This document shows, piece after piece, positions 35,101 to 45,940 of a stretch of 64,000 bases of DNA. The position numbers and the translations under genes were made by a program. The number at the start of each line of letters is the position of its first letter. Positions within the stretch are counted from its first letter, which is position 1. Source of the stretch: Auanema rhodensis (taxonomy: Eukaryota > Animalia > Nematoda); the NCBI GenBank assembly GCA_964057225.1, contig OZ059894.1:7750001-7814000 (forward strand), given 5' to 3'. Below the pieces are notes generated by a model, which saw nothing but the letters and a program-made list of their open reading frames with translations, made no database searches and was not told where the DNA came from.

Positions 35101-38100
35101 ATCGGATACATTAGCTAATAGATATGAGACAAGCTGTAGAACATCAGCTGCCATTTTAGCATTCCAGGAATAAATGAAGTTGAAAACGAGGAAGATGCAA
35201 GATTTCAGTAAGATTTTTCTTCTTTGAAATCAATTTATTAGTGCAAATGGAATAATGAAGAAAAGACAGACTCTACAACACAGAAGAAAGGCTTCTCTCT
35301 CTTCTGATTCTGGAAGAGCTTCATGGGTGGGGGGGGGGGGGGGGGGGGGGGGAATGTTTGAAGGCCAACACAATAGATATAGATGAGTGACAAGCTGGCC
35401 TAGAGTGGAAGAAAAATCCATTTGAACGTCTCAAAGACGTCTAGTTTCTATCTTTCTATATCATCTTCTTTCTTTCTTTGTATGTCTTGCTTGTCAGGCT
35501 TTTTCTGACGATGAAGTCGGTTTGAAGCTCTTCTTCCAACTCCAAGTTTAACTCATATTGTTATTCTTGATATTCAATACAAGCAAACAAATGGAATTAT
35601 AGAAGAGGAATGTCAAAGATTCAGCTCCAAAAAGTCTTAAAAATCCAAAGGAAGAACTGTTTCGTCTATCGTATAGTGATATCCTAAGCATTCTCTTACT
35701 CTAATCATGCCGCGGACTTTCTACCCAATCAAAAAACTTCAACGGCTTTGCTGTTTTGGCTTCAATTAGGGGATAGGAAAATTTGGTCAAATGAATAACA
35801 GTCAGTTGTCCGTCTGAGTTGTCCGTCAGCATCTGATTGCTACAAGAACGATGCAGAAGACAACGACAACGAAGCCGACGTCTTCCTGTCTTTCTTCGAC
35901 CACTGGCATCCGCAACCCTGTTAGCTTTCATCCTTAACATTTCGTCGACTTCCTCATCTTTCATCGTATGTTATCTTGACCCTTTCACAATAAAAAATGT
36001 TTTTTTAGAATGTAAAAGGAGATATAATGCTTAATTTCCATTGTTGTTGACCACAATGCTCTGAACAGCTTCAGAGAGACTTGCAGCAGAAGATATGAAC
36101 AACTTTAAAATTTGATTATGATCATCAGACTAAAAGCATAGGAAAAGAATGGCTGGAGCCTCCTGAACCAAGTGGAGCTTCATAAACCTAAGCTTTTATC
36201 CATGTTTTGTCATGTCAAACTGACATGATATAATTGAAAAGGAAATTTCAAGAGAATTCAGCAGAAGTTTCATCGAATTGGGATTGAAGGATTAATGTCA
36301 AACCAAATCTCACTCAAATTCACAATGCCATCTACGTACAGCTCATGAGAAAGTTACTCTTTTTGCTTTTTAAACCCTTAATATGCATTAAATTAAAAAC
36401 AACAATTTGCTCTTTATAAGAGCATAAAGCTCTTCATCATCATTTTTTTTCAAAAATGTCAAGGAAGCGCTTTGTTGTGTAAATGGAAATAAAGGTCGAT
36501 GGCACTCAAGATCTCGACATTTCATCCTCGCATTCTCCGCTGTCTTTTGCATTCTTTTGTGATCAATCTACTTGTCCATTTGAAACGTTTTTCTGATATT
36601 CTTGGATCGGCAAGAGTAGCTTAAAGCTTATCTAGGAACAATACTACTTTGCTAGAAGCCTTCTCAACCAAAAATACGAACTTGCCCTTTTGTCTCAATC
36701 ATAAACCTTTCGAAAATTCAGATTTTTGAAATTAATAACAAAAAGATGAGACAATAAGAGAGTGAAAATAGCAACACAGTTTTTGAAGATTTTAGTTATG
36801 AAGTATAGAATAAAGTGAGTTGTTCTAAAGCAGCCTCATTACCTGATTAGGGCATGTTGCTGAGTAAGAGAGAGAGAGAGAGAGAGAGAGAAACAGAGAA
36901 ACAGAGAGAAATAGAGAAATAGATAGTAAGAGTTAGAATGAGAGAAATATATAAATGTATAGAGAAAACGAGAGAAGAATTTGCTTCTAACACAGGCGCC
37001 CTAGCGTGAAATAGACCAATTGCCTATCGCCATATGAGAAACAATAGCAACACATAGTTTACTTTAAACTTTTTTTAACATGGTTCAGGTAGCCGTTCTG
37101 GTTGTTTGACTTCAGAATGTTTATGCTTTTCATCAAGCTACAAGAAAGGTTTTTTTCTTTGTAAACTAGAGCTATTACTAAGGTATAAAGGGAAGTAACT
37201 TTTTTGTTCAAAACTTAGATTGCATGTCCATACATATCTCATGGATCTCATGTTCAATATAAGCTCTCCATCTAGACTGTGTTTTAGAGTTTCAAGTAAA
37301 TGAGTAAAATCCTTCAAAAATATATATTTCAAATGAAGAAAGTTTACGAAAGTTGCCAAAAGCTCAAGTACAGCTGTGGCTCTTTGTCGTATTTCATTCC
37401 GGATCTGTTAGCCGAATCCTCCAAATTATTTTCCGTTTTCTATTTCTCATTCCATCAAATTTACTCCTCGATTTTACATGAATATTCTCTGTCTCTCTCT
37501 TCTACTTGCTTTCTTTCTTTCTATTTTACGGAGATGAGGACATAGAAAGGAAAAGCGGGATAGATGTGCGACTCGTCGTCGTCGAAGCCGTGATGGAGCA
37601 ATTGGCCCAATTGGCGTGAGAGATAGAAAGCCGATCAAAATGAAGTGTAGTAGAGTATGTGACTAGTATTTTCATTTTTGAAATCTTGATGATGAGAACT
37701 GTTATCAGATAAACAGTTGGATAATCTTCACAAAGCTGCGAAGGAAAATGAAAAATCGGATTTGAATACAAGCTACACAATGATTCTGAAGGAGGTTTCA
37801 TACAACTGGTTGCCAAATTGAAGAAAAATCCGAAAGAAATCAGAAAATAAATAAATCAAAGTCAGATTGAAACAAATCGCATGCAAAGATATAACTCTAT
37901 GAATCAGTTTTTCAAGAATATAATCAAATATCAAAACAATGAATACAAAAATGAACTAACCAGCGTCATCAAAAGTTGCTGGATCGTGCACATTGGCCAG
38001 AATAAACGAGAACAACTTGGTGAACTGTGACGTCATAGCCTCATGGCGAGGCAGCCACGTGTCCAACAGGTAGATTAGTGTTTTAGGAATACAAAGTATG

Positions 38101-41100
38101 AAATGATACTTCGTCAATGAATCACACTGCTTATGACTCTTGACAAGGTGTTCTGCCTTTTGAATAGATGGTACAGAGCTAGAGATGAAGCAGCAGGTTA
38201 CGAGGTAAAGCAGGAAATGAAAAAAGTATTGAGGTAGGGTAGATTTGGTACACTGCTTCAAAGGATACCAGCAGTTAAGGTGAAGGGGTGCAGGCTCGTG
38301 TTCTTTTTCTGGCCAAGTGTGCACGTTGAGCTTGTCTTCTTCTGAATCCAGGACGGTCTTCGAAGACAGCTTGATTCCACGAATTGCCCGCAGGCGATAG
38401 ATGGTTGCCGAATAAGCTGAGCTAGGAGGCGGGAAGACGGCTTGGTTGGGTGCTGTCCGAGCAAAAGGGGTGGGATGGGAGCAGGTGCAGCAGGGGCGGG
38501 GCACCTCTAACGCTATTTAGACGCTCTGCTGCCCCTTTTAGTTGCTCTGATCGTCTGGAAGCTCTTGAATCCGTGTAATCTTTTGCTTTTGATGTTTAAG
38601 AATCAAAATATCAAAATCAGGAATTGTGTGAAAAGAGAACAAGTACATTAACATCTTATGATGCTTGATATAGCCTATCAGAAGTTGTGTTGAAAAGTTC
38701 AAAAACGAAAATGCATATATGTGTATCTCATCGGTCATTCCACCATCTGTTTTCAGACAAAGCAGATTTTCCGCAAAATCTTTTTTACATATAATCATTA
38801 ACCTTAAAGTATTTGGTATTAGATATATGCATCTGGAAAGAATTGCAAATGTTTTTTCTTTTTTCCAAAAAAAAAACAAAACAAAAAAACAAAAAAGCAT
38901 CGATGTCTGCTATATGGTGTTAGTTGAATGATTGAAACTTGAATGTATTAGTTATATAGAAGTATTCATTTCAGAAATTCTTTTCAAACGTAGCTTTTTT
39001 CACTTTTTCAGCTTTAATTATGTCTTTTTCATCAATACACAAGACTAATTTAAAGTTAAAAAAAGGTATTTTCTCTTTCAAAAAAAACATTCTGATGGCC
39101 ATGAAAATAGTCAAAGTTGTATGACAAGTTTTCAGTCCTGTTTGTGTATTTTCTTTCTTATTTTTTTAATTTTGTTTTCAGTGCATAGCATCTTGTAAGA
39201 TAAAAATTAGAATTTAGATCATATCATTCGTCGACTTTTAGCTTTTTATAGACAATCTGAGCGATTTAAACTGATAATCATAGAAAGATGGCAATAATGA
39301 CTGGAAGGCTCATCTTCAATTAAATCTTTTAACAGATTTCAAATCACGACCTTCAACAGCTTTAAATCTAATTTGGATAACAAATTAAGAATTTTCGATT
39401 GTTGAAGATGTTTTGGAGTAGTTTCTCCAATAAATGTGCTTCTTAGTGTACTCGAATCGGTTGACCGAGTGGTCACCACTTCTTGTATTAATTGAGAGTT
39501 AGAAGTATAGGGTCCATCTTCAAATTATATTGAGTTTGATATGAGCCACAATACATATATGTATATGTACACATGTCGTTTATGATTAAAACAGATCTAA
39601 TGCAACAAAACTGACGATGAAATATGCAAAACGTTCGTCTTTTTAGCTTTTTTTTGGTTCACATTTTTCCATTTTCTTTCACACTTGCCTTCATAGACAT
39701 ACAGCAAGCTTGGCAGGAAGACAACGACCTCTATTTGATTTCAGATGTGCATCTCGAAATCTCGGAAATATTAGAATCTCGGCTTCTCAAATGCCCTTTT
39801 AATTGTTTCTTATTCAATAAGAATTTGAGTCTGAGACAAAGAAGAATTAAAAATGTTGATTGATTTTGAAACGAATACTCACACACATGAAGTCAATATT
39901 AGACTTTTGTGTATTTCAAAAAAAAAAAAAAAAAAAGCTTGAAAGACAAGCAGCTTAAGTAAAAGGTATAGTCTAATATCATATTTAAATTTAGATATTA
40001 ATATATCTTATTCACTAAAAATTGATCAGATTATGATTATCAGTCATATTAATCAAATTCACTCCCTGACTTACATGAACATGTATTTACATGTAAATAG
40101 GTAAAGCTGACAAAAACATATTTGCAATTGTTTCAACTCATTTCCTCACTCCTGTGTTCGTAACTGCTTTCATCACCAAATCTCATTTCCACATGAATTT
40201 CCGTTATATAATACTATTTTAATTTAAAAATGAAAAATAAAATGTTTGAAAAGTGATTATATACTAATGTAATTTAGGTATGTATACATTTAGTATATTT
40301 CAAGCTTCAAATGGTTGCCATGCTCTTATAAATATTTGATAGCAACTGTTCTAAGTACGTAATAAGAGCAAATGAACTTCATCTTTCAAATGGTTTAGAT
40401 CAATTAACTAAAAAAAATATAATAATTGATCAATAATCACTGTGAATATTACAGTTCTTAACTATATGAAATAAGAATATCACTTGTATTCAGTCCAAAT
40501 CTTAAAATTCACCATATTATAGCGTTTCGTTCTCAAACAAAGTTATAAACATAAAGAGTTTTACAGCAATTATTAGAAAATAATGATTTAAAATTAAGAA
40601 AACACAGCACTCAATGAACAGCAACCGCACACAGTGTAAGAAAAATATGAAATAACTTTCACGTGATCGTGCAAACCACAGTCACGTCACAAGATGTCTG
40701 ATATGAACTATACTATATGAAATATGATTTGTATCGAAACAAATATAAATCCATTTATAATTTAATTTCAAAACAAAGCAGTTTTCAGTGATTAAAGTGA
40801 AGAAAATAACATAAAAGCTGTGATTGTTAGGTGATTTGCGTATGAAAAAAATTATAAATTTTAAACCAAGTGTTAGAGGTAAGCGGAAAAATTGCAAAAG
40901 AAAAGAAAAAAAAGCGGATAGATAGAGGAGGAGCCGATAGGTTGTTTCTAATTGAAACACTCAGACCCACCTTCCTCCATATTATTTGATATGTGAATAA
41001 TGTTATCTGGATCTGAAAATTTAATGAAATTACATGAAAATGTGAACAAAAAAATTATTGGAAAAGTACTGTAAAATAGAAGATGGAATTGAATATTTAA

Positions 41101-43324
41101 TTATATTTAACTATACATTATTGTGAAGAAAATATTTATATAATATTTAGTTACAATATTTATATTTATAATCTCTAATCTTTACTCTTATGTATGTTAA
41201 GGTTATAGATTTATTTCTCAAAATATATATATTTCTATTTCAAAATTTTCACAAATTTTATAATATATAATCAAATTTTAAAGATAAAAAAAAACTCATC
41301 ATCATACTATATGTATATAATATATCTTTTACTTTCAAATATGTATATAAATAATTTGATTGAGTTATGAATAGAAGTTTGCTTGTATTCATCAAAATAG
41401 CCAATGGAAAAGTAATTTTCTGTTCGTAAATTCTTCATCATCTTCATCATAATCATCATCATCTTCATCATACAATTTTCATAATCTACTTTAGTTTTCT
41501 GATAAAATGCCTCAAGGAATGTATTTTCCACTATACTCAGTACTAACGGGATCCGCGCAAAAATTGGATTGGTCAGTGTGTTTCCCCCAATTCACATTGA
41601 ATGCACTTACAATTACTTTTCAAAAAAAAAGTTCATTGTGAACGAGTTTGATGTTGGAAAGTTTTTGGATAATAGGTTATCAAGTTTATAAAAAGTTGGA
41701 TATAGATTATGCTCAAGCTTATGTCTCTCATTTCTAAGCTGTAGTTTTCAGTTTCATTCCTGATAGCTTTTACACATCCCTTTTTCATTTGATATAACAA
41801 GTGAATGAAGCCTTAGGATTGAAAAACTTAAATGAAACAAGTTTCAACTGATTCTCGTGTTGTCCGACAATTGTCAGAATAGTTAGACGATCATCAAGAT
41901 TCACAGCAATTTGCATAATTATAGTTAAAATCGTCTTCATCTATCATGTAGTTTAAATCATTAAAGTAATTAGAATAACGGAATGCATAGTTAAGCCTGA
42001 ACTTAGTGAACTTAAACCAACTTTAAGCTTTTACTATGTTTAAGTATGTGTATGTATGTGACTGAGTAGGACAACCATGTTGAGAGAAACGTTGAGTAAA
42101 TGAGTAAAATAAAAAAAATAAATTCCGAATGTTAAAGAAAGATAGATACAGTGTTTGAATGTGAGAGAGAGAGAAAGAGAAAGAGAGAGAGAGAGAGAGA
42201 ACGGAAGAAAGATACTCGAATTCTTTCCATGAGTGTTCTTTCAACTTTCATCGAAACTCATCTTACAAGCATTTCCTTATACACATATTACTCAAATAGA
42301 AAAACGATGACGATGATGATGTCATGAATCATACTCATTCTATTCATAAAAGAGTCTACTGTGAAGGGTCTTACCTTGTAATCTCCAACGTTGTTGAGGA
42401 TGTTGGTCTTTCCAATCGTTCCGACTACTTCGTCCTCCAACTAAGACACAAAGGCCAAGTAAATGACCAGTCACAAATAGTAGCATATATAAATTCCGTG
42501 ATATATTCGAACACGATCTTAATACCTAAAAAAATTGATTTTTATATTTTACATAAAACAAATGAAAATTAAAAGAAAATAAAAGAAATAAAAACATCAA
42601 ATAAATATACTTTCAAAGTATAATTCACCGTTAGTATAAGCAGAAATATTGAGGTTGTTGATGAAATAGTTTAATTAACTTGACATTAAACTCTTCTTCT
42701 CATTCTTGCCCCAATTTCTTTAAATATCTTCTACTAAAACTATTTCGTTTTAAAGAAGTTTCAAGCTTTTTTATCAAAAATGGAATAAATAATAGAAAAG
42801 ATCATAAAAAGATTCTAATTTTTATATACATGTTAAGAGAAAATAATTAAACAAAACAAAGCATTATTGGAAAACATAATGGATTCAGATGGCTACTATG
42901 ATCTGAAAAGCTTTGAAAATGTGAGGTTTTACGTCAGAATAAACTGGAGTTTTAAAGTTGGAGTTTCAATCTAGGATCTCTCAACTATGAAGGATAGATA
43001 AACGTTATTTTCAAAAATTTCCATGAATTTGAGTAAAAGCTTATTAGAAGTCTAATTGAAAAAACATTCTGTTACATCAAACAAGTAAAAAAGAAAAAAA
43101 GAGATATCAAGTTGAATGAATGTAAGCAAAACGGAAATTTGGATTTATGAACGAAAATCTTATATATGCACTAAAGAAATGAATTTTATTAGATATTTAA
43201 TAGTATTTTAGAAACGAAATATGGCCAAGAACAAGTTAATCAGATAAACATTTAAGGTTTTTCGTTTATAAATAACATATCATGAACATGTGCCTTCATT
43301 CCTATACTCCCCCCCTTTTTTCAA

Positions 43325-43389
<65 letters not shown>

Positions 43390-44012
43390 CTATCTCTATC
43401 TCTCTCTATATATGTCCCTCTTTCAACGAAATAACAACAGAAACTTGGTGAAATTGAAAATAAAAATGAAAAATGGATACTTCCTTATACATCTTATCAT
43501 TGATGAAATGAAGTTCTGGAGACGTTTCGAACGCACTATGCATGGCTGTAAAGGACGCGTCCAACCGGACAACGATCAGACGAGAATCGTGATTGAAAAA
43601 TAAGAATATCCATTAGAAGTCCTTCTCTCCTACGTTCCTATTCCCCCCCCCCCTCACTTCTTCTTTCTCTCTCTGTTTCCCTCTTTTCTTTTCTCTGACT
43701 TACTGGCCGTCTCTTGCTCTGCTGTATCCCGGTTTCCAATCTCTAATTCTCTATTTCTCTTCCTCTCCACCCATATACGGAATGGACTTATGCCTCCCGT
43801 CACCCGCAGCCATGACATACTATGTAGCTCACATGCCTCTGCCAATCTCCACCTTCCAGCATCTCTCTTTTCCTCTCATTATCTCTCGCTCTCTAACACT
43901 CTCCACCCTTCTTTCCTCAACTGCCTTTCTCTCTTTCTTTTAGCTAATAGCTAACTGACAACGGAAATTAACAACCGGCGACAGATCTCAAGCTTACCCT
44001 ACTGCCTCGCAT
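29120..44012 (-). CDS. odr-2: ODR-2/HOT family Ly-6-related, probably GPI-anchored protein; longest supported isoform
   Basis: Common exons 30761-30647, 30002-29926, 29438-29340, 29286-29120 read LRLPCYSCMSPYLEDHY..CDRH..KNCSDMCITLRINDVVGGRRRHGYMRGCLSD..LTLCGCHSPLCN plus a hydrophobic tail. 5' exons 44012-43998 (MRGSR, phase 0) and 42525-42375 (..MLLFVTGHLLGLCVLVGG..QRWRLQ, phase 1) splice on in frame. Family assignment is secure; odr-2 versus a hot paralogue rests on recall. Confidence 0.8.
35091..35154 (-). CDS. odr-2: Candidate alternative first coding exon of odr-2 (MAADVLQLVSYLLANVSDFSS)
   Basis: ATG at 35154, 21 codons + 1 nt, then a G|GTAATA donor. Phase 1 matches the common acceptor at 30761. 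Confidence 0.55.
35329..35352 (+). repeat. G24 homopolymer (G-quadruplex-capable poly-G tract)
   Basis: 24 consecutive G. Confidence 0.95.
37961..38036 (-). CDS. odr-2: Candidate alternative first coding exon of odr-2 (MTSQFTKLFSFILANVHDPATFDDA)
   Basis: ATG at 38036, 25 codons + 1 nt, then a G|GTTAGT donor (phase 1). Shares the LxS[YF][LI]LANVxD motif with the 35154 exon. Confidence 0.55.
43326..43410 (+). repeat. (CT)n microsatellite (other AG/CT tracts near 31332-31366, 36867-36890, 42163-42199, 48033-48097, 48460-48496)
   Basis: Directly visible dinucleotide runs. Confidence 0.95.
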
Positions 44013-44032
44013 TTTTCGCACCCAGCCTGTCC

Positions 44033-44038
44033 CTGAAA
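44033..44038 (-). promoter_or_regulatory. Probable trans-splice acceptor (TTTCAG) for the distal odr-2 isoform
   Basis: TTTCAG on the minus strand 20 nt upstream of ATG 44012, which is followed by an AGG|GTAAGC donor. Confidence 0.5.
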
Positions 44039-45885
44039 CTCATCCTATGTCTTTACTCCTGAGAAGTTGCCTTGTCTCATCTTTATATCGTATAGTATAA
44101 AGAGCATAGTTAATTAATTAAAGATTTTCATAAGGGACCGTCGGACACATGAAACACATTCAAATTTCAAATACAATATGATGAGATTAATTAAAGAGAT
44201 AACTCCAATGCAATATTGATATAACACCAAATCAATTTGAATATATTAAAATCTAAATATATATATGTTTGAAAAGAGTACATTGAAATAACTATAATAT
44301 ATAGCTATCATTTAACTATTACGTACTAGATCTCAATGATAAATAGCTTGTACAGCTTGTAGGATTATGGAAGCCATGTATCCAATCTAATCTTTTCATT
44401 TTTGTTTTCATTTATCATTTTGAAACTAATTGAATCAGAATTAATTGCTTACAGTGAATATAAAGTTCAAGAAATATTAATTAAAAATTACAATAAATCA
44501 AAGATATTATTGATTTTATTTAATAAATTTAAAAAAATCTATAAATTTCAGTCGAGAACTCTTATTAAATGAATTTTTCTCCTTTTTTTCTAACCGCAAA
44601 AATCTTATAAAACATTTTAGACGTTTATATGTATAAGTGAAAAGAAACAAAACAAATCAAATCATGGGTAACTAAGAGCCTGAGGGCAATTGAATATGGT
44701 CCAGCTGCAACTGTTTCAAAGGATCATAAAAGGCTATCTATGAGGCATAATAATGAAAGTGTATGGTCATGTTCGTTGACAACCTCTTAGCCTATTCGGA
44801 ATTATGTTAAAACCCAGATTTTACTACATGCAAACGGATATAAAGCCTAAGAGCTGTTTACTTATTTTCATCTATATACATAGCCATGCAAGATTATATC
44901 GGTATATATCTTATCTGGCCTTTTCTCCTGTTAAGATGTTAAAACTTGATCATGAAATAAGCAATAAGTCAGCTAGAACAGCCTTCTATATTGAACTTTA
45001 CATGTGGGCAGAATGAGAAATGTCTTGAGATGCAACTAAACATAGCCTACGACGTTTTTATGTTTAATTTTAGAACAGAAAAAAGTTAAGTGCAATGATT
45101 TCTTGAGGAAAACTGAGAATGTATGAAAAAAAGTTAAAAGAATGAGCATAATTCAGTTTTGTGGATGACTTCATGACATACAAGACGATGTTGAAAACAA
45201 AAAAAAAGTTTCGAAAGAAGCTGGAGGAAGTGGAATTGCTGATCAAAACCACTCAACAGCATCATTCTTCAACATTTTCATTTTTTGAAAAATGAAAAAA
45301 AAATATTCGCATTGAAACAGCATATATGATATATAAAGTTATTTAAATGTTGAAAATGTCTGTATAGGATGAAAATGAAGTCAGAAATAGGTTTACTCTC
45401 TTTTCTTATAAGATATTTGAAATGATCGGCATTCAGTACAATTGCACTACAAATGCTATATATAATAATAAAAAATGTGTTCGAAACGTTGAATGCTGTC
45501 TGCGTTCTTAAAAAAAAACGTTTAAACTATCAAAAATTATAAATTATATATGAAAAGTTGATTATAGACAAAATATAATTAGAAGATAGAATAAGGACAT
45601 AGGCGGAGCAGATTCATGAAGTTATGTAGCTATAATATGGGCAGCTAATTCGCTTTTCTGATGGCGAAAAAGCAAAAATGAGTGTGGATTTATTGAAAAG
45701 TGGAACGAACCGTGGAGAAAGAAGCAAAGGTAGGCAGGAAGCAGGCTTGCCAAGCTATGAGGAAATGCCTGTAGGGTGTGAAGAGAAAATGGAAATTGAG
45801 CATTAAAGGATGAGAAATAAAGCAACCGCATTCCGTTTAGACAGACAATGAAATGATAGAATTTTGTGTAGATAGTTCCCGTATA

Positions 45886-45940
45886 CACGTGGTTTACGTG
45901 GTTTACGTGGTTTACGTGGCTTACGTGATACGTACACGTT
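45886..45940 (+). repeat. 9-bp tandem repeat (GTTTACGTG) giving a cluster of ACGTG cores
   Basis: CACGTG at 45886, then TACGTG at 45895, 45904, 45913 and 45922. Confidence 0.85.

Noticed and set aside
35701-35964. 87-aa minus-strand ORF ending near a GTAAG donor
   Set aside because: TAG immediately precedes the donor in the phase-1 frame; no signal peptide or homology.
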